Positions 8,768 to 17,905 of a DNA stretch of 43,859 nt are shown here, in pieces. A model generated the notes under the pieces. It saw only the letters and a list, made by a program, of their open reading frames with translations, searched no databases and had not been told where the DNA came from. Made by a program: the position numbers and the translations under genes. The DNA comes from Klebsiella pneumoniae. Its GTDB lineage: Bacteria > Pseudomonadota > Gammaproteobacteria > Pseudomonadales > Azotimanducaceae. Where the stretch lies: the NCBI GenBank assembly GCA_945878745.1, contig CAMDVY010000001.1, positions 1 through 43,859 on the forward strand, in the 5' to 3' direction. Each line of letters begins with the position of its first letter. Positions within the stretch are counted from its first letter, which is position 1.

Positions 8768-9859
8768 TCAGTGCAGGTGTCGATAGAGAAATGGCAGGCT
8801 TACGTCCATCCGGTAATCGATGCCGGAGTGAGAATCCGGGAACTCTTCGTAAGTATGGGCTATCCCGTGGCGGTTCAGTTCGCGAGACAGTTGACGCGCA
8901 CCATAGTGCAGGTGGTACTGATCATGCCAGCCGCAGTCGATAAAGATGCCTTTCAGAGACTGCAGGTTTTTCACATATCGCTGCACCATGTGAACCGGAT
9001 CGTGCTTGAGCCATTGACGCCAGCGGGCGGTAATCAACTCGCCGGTCTCCAGATCGAACGGTAGATGGAAGCCGTTGGGCACGTCAGGGTTCGGGTCATA
9101 GGTGGCGGCCATGCAGAGCATCATCAACGTCATTACCTCGTTTCCTGAGGGACGAGGTTTCTTCCAGATGTGTTCAAGGAAACGATGCGCCCGACCGTCG
9201 TCCAGGCCAGAGGATGATCGGGACGTCTGCTTTGGAAGCCGATATGGACCAGATTGTTGACCTGGCTCGCGGTACTTCGCCAATACGTCAAGGGCAGTCG
9301 GCCACTCCGCCCGATAACAGAAATCGAAAAAGGCGTCCCCGGAGTGGTCCGCGACAGCACCCCAGTATCTGGCGTACTTCATGCCATGGACAATTGCACC
9401 ATAGCCTCCTGAAGACTTGCCGAAACAGCCGCGGTGGTCGCGCTCCGGAATTGTGTTGAAGGACTTGTCTACGAACGGAATGAGTTCGCGGGTCAGATAG
9501 TCGGCGTAGGCGCCGATGGCGGTCGAGTTGACGTACTGGTTTCCGCCAAGCGAGGTGAAACAATCCGGGAAGACGACGATGACGGGGCCGATTTTTTTAT
9601 CTTTGCTCAGTCTTGCGAGTTGTTCGGGAACGTTTTCGTCAAAGGCTTTCCACGCGACATGCGATGGTCCGGAACCCGTGTATCCCGTCAGGTCGAAGAA
9701 CACGGGATAGCGTTTTTTCCCATCGATCCGATAGTTCGGGGGCAACCAGACTGGAAATGTGCGTGTTGCTGGATCGCCCAGAGGATTGTCAGCAAGCAGC
9801 GAGGAGGTGTGCTCGACCAACACAACCTGACCCGCAGGCCAGGTGGGGCGCTTGCGCAT
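8768..9859 (-). CDS. esterase family protein (PF00756-type putative esterase / enterochelin-esterase-like)
   Basis: 363 aa with a GxSxG elbow in [11 protein letters not shown]. The alpha/beta pattern is typical of this family. It ends 8 nt before the next hydrolase gene. Confidence 0.7.
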   Translation of the reverse strand: MRKRPTWPAGQVVLVEHTSSLLADNPLGDPATRTFPVWLPPNYRIDGKKRYPVFFDLTGYTGSGPSHVAWKAFDENVPEQLARLSKDKKIGPVIVVFPDCFTSLGGNQYVNSTAIGAYADYLTRELIPFVDKSFNTIPERDHRGCFGKSSGGYGAIVHGMKYARYWGAVADHSGDAFFDFCYRAEWPTALDVLAKYREPGQQSGPYRLPKQTSRSSSGLDDGRAHRFLEHIWKKPRPSGNEVMTLMMLCMAATYDPNPDVPNGFHLPFDLETGELITARWRQWLKHDPVHMVQRYVKNLQSLKGIFIDCGWHDQYHLHYGARQLSRELNRHGIAHTYEEFPDSHSGIDYRMDVSLPFLYRHLH

Positions 9860-9888
9860 GATGAGATGTCCTGACGATTTGGCAGAAA

Positions 9889-9915
9889 GTGACTGCGGAG
9901 ATTATCCGCAGTCAC
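9889..9915 (-). terminator. intrinsic-terminator-like hairpin downstream of htpX
   Basis: A perfect 11-bp stem, gtgactgcgga/tccgcagtcac (9889-9899 / 9905-9915), with a 5-nt loop. On the minus strand it is followed by TTTCTGCC. It lies 13 nt after the htpX stop. Confidence 0.6.
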
Positions 9916-9927
9916 AGGCCGCCGGTG

Positions 9928-10812
9928 TCAAGCGGCGTCGCGAAGCGCCTGAATTCGTACTTCCAGTGGCGGGTGGGACGAGAAGAGTGCTCGGAATCCT
10001 GCCTGCAATCCGCCGGAAATTCCAAAGGCGGTCATTGACTCCGGCAGCACGGATGGCTGACCAGACGAGACGCGCAACCGCTCCAGAGCCGAAATCATCG
10101 CTGATCGGCTGGACAGTGAGGCGCCAGAGGTATCCGCACGGAACTCCCGGCGTCGCGAAAACCAGGCCACAATCATCGAGGCAAGAATGCCAAGAACCAG
10201 TTCGGCAACTATTGAAGTAACAAAGTAGCCCAGGCCGTGACCATTCTCGTTCTTGAGAATTACACGGTCTACGAAGTGGCCGATGATACGTGCGAAGAAC
10301 ATGACAAAGGTGTTCACCACGCCCTGGATCAGGGTCAGCGTCACCATGTCGCCATTCGCAACGTGACCGATTTCGTGGCCGAGTACCGCCTCAACTTCGG
10401 AACGACTCATGTGATCAAGCAGGCCGGTGCTCACTGCCACCAAAGCACTGTTTCGGCTGGCGCCAGTGGCGAACGCATTTGGCTGGTTCGAAGGAAATAT
10501 TGCCACCTCTGGCATACCGATGCCCGCAGCTTTGGCCTGTCGTTCAACCGTTGCGAGCAGCCAGCGCTCGGTGTCGTTGCGTGGTGTTTGGATGACTTGA
10601 GCGCCTGTTCCACGCTTGGCCATCCACTTCGAAATCAGCAGCGAAATGAATGCACCACCAAACCCGATCAGGGCGCAAAAAACCAGCAGTGCCTGCAGAT
10701 TCAGATCGACTCCGTTGGCCTGCAGAATCGACTCAAACCCCAGCAATCGGAAGGTGACGCTGGCGATGAGGACGACAGCAAGGTTGGTCAACAGAAAGAG
10801 GACGACGCGCAT
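9928..10812 (-). CDS. htpX: zinc metalloprotease HtpX (M48 family)
   Basis: The preferred start is ATG 10812, giving [18 protein letters not shown] and 294 aa. It has the HEIGH zinc motif ([12 protein letters not shown]) and the typical HtpX layout of 2+2 TM segments. Confidence 0.9.
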   Translation of the reverse strand: MRVVLFLLTNLAVVLIASVTFRLLGFESILQANGVDLNLQALLVFCALIGFGGAFISLLISKWMAKRGTGAQVIQTPRNDTERWLLATVERQAKAAGIGMPEVAIFPSNQPNAFATGASRNSALVAVSTGLLDHMSRSEVEAVLGHEIGHVANGDMVTLTLIQGVVNTFVMFFARIIGHFVDRVILKNENGHGLGYFVTSIVAELVLGILASMIVAWFSRRREFRADTSGASLSSRSAMISALERLRVSSGQPSVLPESMTAFGISGGLQAGFRALFSSHPPLEVRIQALRDAA

Positions 10813-10930
10813 GTTCCGGATACTCCAGTCGGATAGTGTGCACCTGCAACGATATATGGGTAGGAAAGGTGAATTCAAGGCTTGGACGGAAATGCCACCG
10901 GCCGCACGGTTTCAGTGAACACGCTCGGTT

Positions 10931-11674
10931 ATGTTCGGCCTGATAGATTCATTGGGTTCGGGTATGGCGGACGCCTTCCAGAAGCGTACAGCGGCAGAAA
11001 ACGAGCTGGCGATGCTGCGCGTTGAAATCGCCAAGTGGCAGCAGCGTGTGCCGAAGATCACCGAGTTGTTGCGCAATCGTAGCGATGCGCTCGCCGCTTC
11101 GGAGCAGCTGAATCGTCAGCTGCGCAAGGCTCTCGCTGAAGAACAGGGAAAGTCCGCACAGCTCGCCGACAGGTCCGGCAATTCTGCGATGCAGGAAGGC
11201 AGCACAGAGACTGAAGAGGAAACCATCGCCCTGCGGTTTGAGTTGTTTCGTCTGAAAAAAGAACTTGGCTCGCTGGAAACCCGAAATCGGATGCTGGCGG
11301 AAACGGTGGAAGTGCTGACGCATCAGTTTTCTCATGCGAACACAGAGCTTCTGGCATTCAGACGCGCCCGTGAACTCGCGCTGGACAAGTCGCCAAACGA
11401 CGCCGGAGATGCCGCCACGCATATCTCGGTCTCGCCGGCCGAACCAACTCCTCCCGATCTGCTGCAGATTCGTGGTGTCGGTATCAAGACCCGGCAGAGG
11501 CTCGCCGAAGCCGGCATCAACAGTGTCGAAAACCTCGCTTTGGTCGCGCCTGAAACGCTGGATGATCCAGCTTCCCCCTTGTTTTCCCTTGGATCGCGCA
11601 TTCGACGCGAGTGCTGGGTAGAACAAGCCCGACAACTGCTGGACTTATACATCGCCCCAGCCGGTGGACTGTGA
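10931..11674 (+). CDS. coiled-coil protein with C-terminal helix-hairpin-helix motif, function unknown
   Basis: 247 aa. The N-terminal two-thirds is heptad-like and rich in E/K/R/L/Q. The C-terminus, DLLQIRGVGIKTRQRLAEAGINSVENLA, is an HhH-type motif. An antisense 228-aa ORF mirrors it and is judged to be a shadow. Confidence 0.55.
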   Translation: MFGLIDSLGSGMADAFQKRTAAENELAMLRVEIAKWQQRVPKITELLRNRSDALAASEQLNRQLRKALAEEQGKSAQLADRSGNSAMQEGSTETEEETIALRFELFRLKKELGSLETRNRMLAETVEVLTHQFSHANTELLAFRRARELALDKSPNDAGDAATHISVSPAEPTPPDLLQIRGVGIKTRQRLAEAGINSVENLALVAPETLDDPASPLFSLGSRIRRECWVEQARQLLDLYIAPAGGL

Positions 11675-11808
11675 CTTTGCGCTGGGTCTTTTGCGAAGAA
11701 TGGTTCTCAGCACTACTGGCTAAATACACATAAACGAAGGACTTTTTCTTTCGCCTTTCCCGGGCTATAGTTCAAGAACCTGAGAACGGTCAGCTTTGCG
11801 AAGGATGG

Positions 11809-12042
11809 GTGATGGCGACGGAACCAACGGTTACCGTCGACTCTGAATCTCTGGACTCGCGACGCTCCGGCGAAGACCGCCGGTCGGAAATGGATAGGCG
11901 CCGTGCATCGAAAGGGTTATTCGAGCTAAGGGCCAGGCGAGATGGACTCGCTTCCGATCGAAGGCAAAATTCACGTCGCGGTGAGGGCACCGATGTGAAA
12001 GTTCGCTGGTATGCGTTTTGGCGACGTACGGAAAGTCTGTAG
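11809..12042 (+). CDS. hypothetical arginine-rich small protein with DRR repeats
   Basis: 77 aa, 17 of them Arg. The motifs are SGEDRRS, EMDRRRAS and ASDRRQNS, plus SRR, ARR and WRR. An AAGGA SD at 11801-11805 lies 6 nt before ATG 11812 (GTG at 11809 is also in frame). I recognise no family. Confidence 0.35.
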   Translation: MMATEPTVTVDSESLDSRRSGEDRRSEMDRRRASKGLFELRARRDGLASDRRQNSRRGEGTDVKVRWYAFWRRTESL

Positions 12043-12150
12043 TCGGCGACAGCAAGACGGCGGATAAAAATAATGAGAACAAAGCACGCCATTGTGTTGT
12101 TGGGCTGTCGTGCGACCCCTGTTTCTATTGATCTTATCTGCGAGGAATTA

Positions 12151-12777
12151 ATGAAAAACGCGCACGTCCGGGTGTTGGCCGTGGTCTTGGCCATGCTTTC
12201 CCCTGTGTGTATCGCGGCGGGTAATGCTGTGCAAGGCAAGGCAGCCTATGCGGTCTGCTCTGCCTGCCATGGCCAGAACGGTGAAGGCAACATGGCGATG
12301 AATGCGCCCCGGCTGGCTGGCCAGGAAGGCTGGTATCTGGTGCGACAGCTGGAAGCCTACAGACTCGGTCATCGAGGCACCAAACCCGGTGACACCTTTG
12401 GCATGCAGATGCGGCCCATGGCAAGCACCGTGTCCACGCCTGCAGCGATCGAGAATCTGGTGGCCTATGTAGAGTCACTCCCCGTCGCCAGGAACGCACC
12501 GACAGTGAAGGGTGACTCTGCAAAAGGTAAGGTCGCTTATGCGGTGTGTGCAGCTTGTCACGGGCAAAAAGCTGAAGGGCTTGAGCAAATGGGCGGACCC
12601 CGACTGGCCGGGCTTGACGACTGGTATCTCCAGCGTCAGATCCAGAATTTCAAGAAGGGTCTGCGCGGTTACCATCCAGAGGATGTCTTTGGCCGTCAGA
12701 TGTCACCAATGGCAGCAACCCTTGCCGATGACGCGGCGATCGGCAACGTCGTCGCCTACATCAACACGTTGAATTGA
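12151..12777 (+). CDS. dihaem c-type cytochrome (cytochrome c4 family)
   Basis: The start is ATG 12151, after a GAGGAA SD. The signal peptide is MKNAHVRVLAVVLAMLSPVCIAAG. There are two CxxCH motifs (CSACHG, CAACHG), each followed by a distal Met segment (MRPMA, MSPMA). Confidence 0.85.
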   Translation: MKNAHVRVLAVVLAMLSPVCIAAGNAVQGKAAYAVCSACHGQNGEGNMAMNAPRLAGQEGWYLVRQLEAYRLGHRGTKPGDTFGMQMRPMASTVSTPAAIENLVAYVESLPVARNAPTVKGDSAKGKVAYAVCAACHGQKAEGLEQMGGPRLAGLDDWYLQRQIQNFKKGLRGYHPEDVFGRQMSPMAATLADDAAIGNVVAYINTLN

Positions 12778-12784
12778 TCGCAGT

Positions 12785-13831
12785 TTGTCGTCGCGTCTCA
12801 CCGTTGATCTGAGTGCGTTAGGCGATAACTTTCGAACCCTCAGCCGGTACACCTCCTGTGGAGCGGTGCTCAAGGCGGATGCCTACGGCATGGGCGCAGG
12901 TGAGGTCGGACGCCATCTTCAAAGTCTGGGCTGTGGCGACTTCTTTGTTGCCAGTGCTGTCGAAGGCGCAGCGCTGAGACGGTCCCTGACTCGTTCTCCA
13001 AGGATCCATGTGTTCGCGGGGGCAATTGAATCCACTGTCGACATGCTGCGTGAACATGACTTGCGGCCGGTCCTCAACACGGTTGATCAACTGGATGCCT
13101 GGCGGGCGCGCGGGCGAGGGCTGCCATGCAGCATCCATGTAGATACCGGTATGGCTCGATTGGGTTTACCGTGGAATGAGGTCGAAAGACTCAATTTTAT
13201 TGGACTATCGCTCGAGTCAGTGCTTACTCACATGGCCTGCGCGGACGAACCCGAACACCCGTTCAACGACATCCAGCTCGATCGGTTTGGCGCTGTGCTG
13301 CCTCACTTCCCGCACGCCTCGATCAGCCTGGGTAATAGCCCGGCCATCCTGTCCGGTTACCATGATCGCTTCGACCGACCTCATCTGGGGCGCCCGGGTA
13401 TAGCCCTTTATGGTGGAAACCCTTTCGCGAAGCTGGCCAATCCGATGCGGGCTGTGGCGTTGGTTGAAGCCCGGATTTTGCAGGTTCGGCGGGTGCCTCG
13501 GGGTGAATCTATCGGCTACGGCGGCACATATGTCACACCCAGGGACGCCGAAATAGCAACGCTTGGGATTGGTTATGCCGATGGAATTCCGCGTGCGTTG
13601 TCGAACGTCGGGAGTGTCGCCGACAACGTCAGACGATTCCCCATCGTCGGTCGGGTGAGCATGGATCTTCTCCAGGTTGACATCACTGACAGCGGATTGG
13701 GTGAGGGAGACTGGCTTGAAGTTTTTGGTGGCAAGATCTCTCTGGATGAAATGGCCGCGTCTGCCGGTACTTTCAGTTACGAGATCCTGACCCGAATTGG
13801 TCCCCGCATGGAGCGTGTCTACTGCTCCTGA
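12785..13831 (+). CDS. alr: alanine racemase
   Basis: 348 aa from TTG 12785. It has the PLP-lysine motif in AVLKADAYGMGAG and the C-terminal pattern GRVSMD...YEILT typical of Alr/DadX. Confidence 0.85.
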   Translation: MSSRLTVDLSALGDNFRTLSRYTSCGAVLKADAYGMGAGEVGRHLQSLGCGDFFVASAVEGAALRRSLTRSPRIHVFAGAIESTVDMLREHDLRPVLNTVDQLDAWRARGRGLPCSIHVDTGMARLGLPWNEVERLNFIGLSLESVLTHMACADEPEHPFNDIQLDRFGAVLPHFPHASISLGNSPAILSGYHDRFDRPHLGRPGIALYGGNPFAKLANPMRAVALVEARILQVRRVPRGESIGYGGTYVTPRDAEIATLGIGYADGIPRALSNVGSVADNVRRFPIVGRVSMDLLQVDITDSGLGEGDWLEVFGGKISLDEMAASAGTFSYEILTRIGPRMERVYCS

Positions 13832-14361
13832 GGACCGCTTGAAGGCATGAGTTGTTCGAGTGATTCAGGCGAGTGACCCGCAGCCGTCAAGGCATCGCGC
13901 ATAGCGCCGACGATATCGCCTCGCTGACGACGAATAATGCCCCGATTGAATGCAGCGAGCGGTGTTGGTTTGGTCAGCAGGGCATCGGTGTAGGCGCTCT
14001 CGGCTGCCACCAGATCTCCTTCAAGCCAGGCCAGGTAACCGAGTGTCATGCGGGCGTCGATGTCAGCGGGATGCATGCGGATTGCTTCCGTCAGATCAGT
14101 CCTCGCGGCGGCCCGATTGTCCTGGCGAATCCGCAGAATCGCTCGGTTGTTCAGGATTGCAGCAGAGGCTTCAGGTGTCTTTGTTTCAGCCAAGGCTGTC
14201 GAGCAATAGCCGATGATTCTGTCGTTGATTTCCAGATCGGTGGACTCTGAAGCGGCTTGAAAACAGACCTGCGCCATATCGAAGTCGACAGCGGATGGTT
14301 GAGCTGCAATGACAAGAGTCGCAAGTGCAGACGTGGTCAGGAAAGTGATTGTGCGTAACAT
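13819..14361 (-). CDS. secreted tetratricopeptide (TPR) repeat protein
   Basis: 180 aa with a signal peptide, MLRTITFLTTSALATLVIAA. TPR-like A/L/Y/N periodicity is visible (AILNNRAILRIRQDN, GYLAWLEGDLVAAESAYTDAL). Its 3' end overlaps the alr 3' end by 13 nt (convergent). Confidence 0.65.
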   Translation of the reverse strand: MLRTITFLTTSALATLVIAAQPSAVDFDMAQVCFQAASESTDLEINDRIIGYCSTALAETKTPEASAAILNNRAILRIRQDNRAAARTDLTEAIRMHPADIDARMTLGYLAWLEGDLVAAESAYTDALLTKPTPLAAFNRGIIRRQRGDIVGAMRDALTAAGHSPESLEQLMPSSGPQEQ

Positions 14362-14404
14362 AAGCCCGGATTCTAACTGAGCAACTCATCGGGGAGAGCA
14401 GGTC

Positions 14405-15220
14405 ATGGGGGCACCAAGTGTAAATAAGAAGGGACTGCTGGCAGGAAAGGTCGCAGTTGTCACCGGAGCAAGCCGCGGAATTGGCGAGGCGATTGCGCTG
14501 CGTTATGCGATGGAGGGTGCGCGTGTTGTTGTCTCCGCTCGCACTGTCGAAGAAGGTGATCACATCCTGCCAGGCAGTATCAGTGCGACCGTTGCGCGCA
14601 TTCGGGCTGCAGGTGGCGAGGCGATTGCAGTGCGTTCCGACCTGTCAAAGGAGGAGGATCGACTGGCGCTGATCGATGCCGCCGAAGCCGCCTTTGGTCC
14701 GGTCGACATCCTGGTCAATAACGCTGCGGTGACTTTTTATTCACCAGTGGCCAGTTTTTCCGAAAAGCGTTTTCGACTGATGATGGATGTGCAGGTATGG
14801 GGGCCATTCCAGCTCGCTCAGCGGGTACTGCCTGGCATGGTGACGCGAGGTAGCGGCTGGATTCTCAACATTTCATCACACGCAGCGATTCATCCGGAGA
14901 AGACTCTCGGCCGTTCGGGTGGCGCGGTCTATGGGATGTGCAAGGCAGCACTCGAGCGGTTTACGACGGGTCTGGCCGTCGAACACTACAACGACGGTAT
15001 CGGCGTCAATGTGATATCACCCGGTCTGGTGGCGACCCCGGGCGCCGTCCATCACAACCTGATCAACGAACAGAGCAAACATCGGGTAACTCCGGTTGAA
15101 CACATGGCGGAAGCCTGTTTGCGACTTGTGCATGGAGATTCGAAACAGCTCACCGGTCGCATCGACTATGCTGATGCAGTGATGAAGGAATTCAATCTGC
15201 AGGCTGCGGGTCTGATATGA
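14405..15220 (+). CDS. SDR family oxidoreductase
   Basis: 271 aa with the TGASRGIG cofactor motif, NNAA, and the catalytic YGMCK (YxxxK). Confidence 0.85.
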   Translation: MGAPSVNKKGLLAGKVAVVTGASRGIGEAIALRYAMEGARVVVSARTVEEGDHILPGSISATVARIRAAGGEAIAVRSDLSKEEDRLALIDAAEAAFGPVDILVNNAAVTFYSPVASFSEKRFRLMMDVQVWGPFQLAQRVLPGMVTRGSGWILNISSHAAIHPEKTLGRSGGAVYGMCKAALERFTTGLAVEHYNDGIGVNVISPGLVATPGAVHHNLINEQSKHRVTPVEHMAEACLRLVHGDSKQLTGRIDYADAVMKEFNLQAAGLI

Positions 15221-15261
15221 CCTGATCCCGTCCGGTTGATGAAACGAGCGTGGAGGTGGTG

Positions 15262-16353
15262 GTGCAGATTGGTGTACCGAAGGAAATCAAGGTTCACGAA
15301 TATCGGGTCGGCCTGTCACCGGCTTCCGTGCTTGAACTGACCAGGGCTGGGCACTCAGTACTGGTTGAGCATGGTGCGGGCGAAGGCATAGGTTTTACCG
15401 ATCAGCAGTACAAAGCTGCAGGCGCGCTGCTCGGTAGCGTAGACGATGCGTTTGCCGCAGAACTTGTTGTCAAAGTCAAAGAACCACAACTGCATGAATG
15501 CGCGCGGCTCAGTGCGGGACAGATCCTCTTCACCTACCTGCATCTGGCTGCGGATCCGTCGCAGGCGCAGGCGCTGATGGCATCGGGAGCCACGGCAATC
15601 GCTTATGAAACTGTGGCAGGGCCGCACGGTGGATTACCTCTGCTAAGCCCCATGAGTGAAGTTGCCGGACGCATGTCGATTCAGGTCGGCGCCTGGTGCC
15701 TGCAAAGGGCCAATGGCGGGCGAGGCACACTGCTTGGTGGCGTTCCTGGCGTACAGCCTGGACGCGTGGTGATTCTCGGCGGTGGCATCGCTGGCGCCAA
15801 TGCAGCAGCCATGGCAGTCGGTATGCAGGCTGAAGTTGCGATTCTCGAGAAGTCCGTCGAACGTATGCGTACGCTGGTGGATCATTTTGAAGGACGCGCT
15901 CGCGTGTTGATGGCGTCAGCCGACGCCATTGAAGAGCATGTTCACGATGCAGACCTCGTGGTGGGCGCCGTACTGATTCCAGGTGACAGCACGCCAAAAC
16001 TGGTTTCACGTGAGTTGGTCAGGCGCATGCCAAATGGCGCGGCGATGGTCGATATTTCCATAGACCAGGGCGGCTGTTTCGAGACGAGTCGGCCAACTAC
16101 CCACGATCAGCCCATATTCGTCGACGAAGGGGTCGTGCATTACTGTGTTACCAACATGCCAGGCGCAGTAGCAAGAACATCAACGCTGGCGCTGAACAAC
16201 GTGACGTTGCCCTATGTCAAGGTGCTGGCCGATCTCGGCTGGCAGCGCGCACTGGCGCAAGACCCGGGATTCGCGAGCGGATTGAATGTGCAGGCCGGTG
16301 AGGTCAAGCATCCTGCCGTGCGTCATGCGCTGAAGTTGCCACCGCTGAACTGA
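15262..16353 (+). CDS. ald: alanine dehydrogenase
   Basis: The preferred start is GTG 15262 (MQIGVPKEIKVHEYRVGL), 5 nt after GGAGG. It has the NAD motif VVILGGGIAGANAA and the C-terminal pattern HYCVTNMPGAV. Starts at 15250-15259 are also in frame. Confidence 0.9.
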   Translation: MQIGVPKEIKVHEYRVGLSPASVLELTRAGHSVLVEHGAGEGIGFTDQQYKAAGALLGSVDDAFAAELVVKVKEPQLHECARLSAGQILFTYLHLAADPSQAQALMASGATAIAYETVAGPHGGLPLLSPMSEVAGRMSIQVGAWCLQRANGGRGTLLGGVPGVQPGRVVILGGGIAGANAAAMAVGMQAEVAILEKSVERMRTLVDHFEGRARVLMASADAIEEHVHDADLVVGAVLIPGDSTPKLVSRELVRRMPNGAAMVDISIDQGGCFETSRPTTHDQPIFVDEGVVHYCVTNMPGAVARTSTLALNNVTLPYVKVLADLGWQRALAQDPGFASGLNVQAGEVKHPAVRHALKLPPLN

Positions 16354-16426
16354 ACAATATCCGGTGCCGCGCCGTCGGTGATCACGTAAAGTGCTGGTGG
16401 AATGCACTTTGCGAAACCTCACCAAC

Positions 16427-17821
16427 ATGACTAATCCGCTGCATAACGAATTTCCCGCTGACTCGATTGAAGCCAAGGATCTGCAGCACCTGCTGCATCC
16501 GACAACGAATCTGAAGCAATTTCACGCCACTGGTCCAAAAGTGCATGCCCGTGCGAAAGGCGTGTATCTCTGGGACAACCATGGCAAGCAGTATCTCGAA
16601 GGGATGTCCGGGCTGTGGTGCACCGCTTTGGGCTATGGCGAAGAAGCACTGGTCAAGGTGGCGACAGAGCAGATGCGTACGCTCTCGTACTCACAGCTGT
16701 TTGGTGGCAAGACCAACGAGCCAAGCGTTCTGCTCGCCGAGAAACTGAAGGCGATGATGCCGTTTGCAGCAGGACGTGTGTTCTTTGGCTTGTCAGGCAG
16801 TGACGCAAACGACACGCAGATGAAACTCATGTGGTACTACCACAATGCCATCGGCAAACCGGGCAAGAAGAAGATCATCAGTCGCTGGCGAGGTTACCAC
16901 GGGGTGACCGTCGCATCGGGTTCATTGACTGGCCTGCCGTACTTTCATACGCACTTCGATCTGCCGATTGCCAACGTGCTTCATACGGATGCACCGCACT
17001 ATTACCGAGCGGGCCAAGCCGGTGAGACAGAAGCTGAATTTGTGCGCCGTATTGTCAGCAATCTTGAAGCGTTGATCCTGAAGGAGGGTCCGGAGACCAT
17101 CGCCGCGATGATCGCGGAGCCCGTAATGGGTGCTGGTGGCGTCATCGTCCCGCCCGCCGGATATTTCCCTGCGGTGGCGGAAGTGCTCCGCAGGCACGAT
17201 ATCGCCTTGATCGACGATGAGGTGATCTGCGGTTTTGGTCGCACCGGGCAACCATTTGGGGCGCAAACACTGGGAATGAAACCAACCACCATGTCGGTGG
17301 CCAAGGCGTTGTCTTCGGCATATCTGCCGATCAGCGCGGTGATCATCCCTGAGTACATGTACGAACCCATGGTCGAGCTGTCCGCGAGCATGGGCACCTT
17401 TGCGCATGGCTTCACCTATTCCGGACACCCGGTATGTGCGGCGGTGGCGCTGAAAACGCTGGAGATCTTTGAGGAGCGGCAGATCTTCGCGCATGTCGCG
17501 AACGTTGCAGAGGTGTTTCAGCAACGACTGAGGGCATTTGCGGATCACCCGCTGGTTGGCGAAGTTCGTGGAGTCGGCCTGATAGGTGCGGTCGAACTGG
17601 TGCAGGACAAGGCGACAAAACAGGCGTTCGCGGGTAAACAGGGTGTCGGCGCCTATTGTGTACAACGCGGTGAGGCGAATGGCCTCATCGTGCGCAATCT
17701 GGGTGACTCGATAGCATTCTGTCCTCCGCTCATCATCAGCGAAGCTCAGATCGATGAGCTCTTCACCAAGTTCGAAGTTGCGCTGAATGAGACATCGGCC
17801 TGGGTCAGGGCCGGTTGCTGA
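16427..17821 (+). CDS. class-III (omega) aminotransferase, pyruvate-dependent SpuC / beta-alanine-pyruvate type
   Basis: By recall it is strongly similar to SpuC-type enzymes: GLWC..LGYG, SGSDANDT, GYHG, DEVICGFGRTG, YSGHP. The start ATG 16427 is preferred over GTG 16391, which lies inside a hairpin (16388-16410). Confidence 0.85.
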   Translation: MTNPLHNEFPADSIEAKDLQHLLHPTTNLKQFHATGPKVHARAKGVYLWDNHGKQYLEGMSGLWCTALGYGEEALVKVATEQMRTLSYSQLFGGKTNEPSVLLAEKLKAMMPFAAGRVFFGLSGSDANDTQMKLMWYYHNAIGKPGKKKIISRWRGYHGVTVASGSLTGLPYFHTHFDLPIANVLHTDAPHYYRAGQAGETEAEFVRRIVSNLEALILKEGPETIAAMIAEPVMGAGGVIVPPAGYFPAVAEVLRRHDIALIDDEVICGFGRTGQPFGAQTLGMKPTTMSVAKALSSAYLPISAVIIPEYMYEPMVELSASMGTFAHGFTYSGHPVCAAVALKTLEIFEERQIFAHVANVAEVFQQRLRAFADHPLVGEVRGVGLIGAVELVQDKATKQAFAGKQGVGAYCVQRGEANGLIVRNLGDSIAFCPPLIISEAQIDELFTKFEVALNETSAWVRAGC

Positions 17822-17905
17822 AGATGTTCTGCCGGCGCTGCGTATGCGCTGGCAAAGTCAGGCGCTAGACCCAAAAGCTACCTAAGGATTTGGGGGGAAC
17901 CAAGC

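Noticed and set aside
10949-11635. A 228-aa minus-strand ORF mirroring the coiled-coil/HhH gene.
   Set aside because: It has no recognisable motif, whereas the plus-strand frame has coiled-coil periodicity and an HhH motif. It is kept only as a caveat in the findings.
11790-12239. A 149-aa minus-strand ORF spanning the Arg-rich mini-ORF and the cytochrome c4 start.
   Set aside because: It overlaps the well-supported cytochrome signal-peptide region in antisense. I saw no SD, and the composition looks non-coding.
16388-16410. The hairpins aaagtgc-N9-gcacttt after ald and gccggcgc-N7-gcgctggc (17831-17853) after the aminotransferase, considered as terminators.
   Set aside because: The stems are short or AT-rich, or wobble-containing, and have no downstream T tract. 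They are not convincing as intrinsic terminators.
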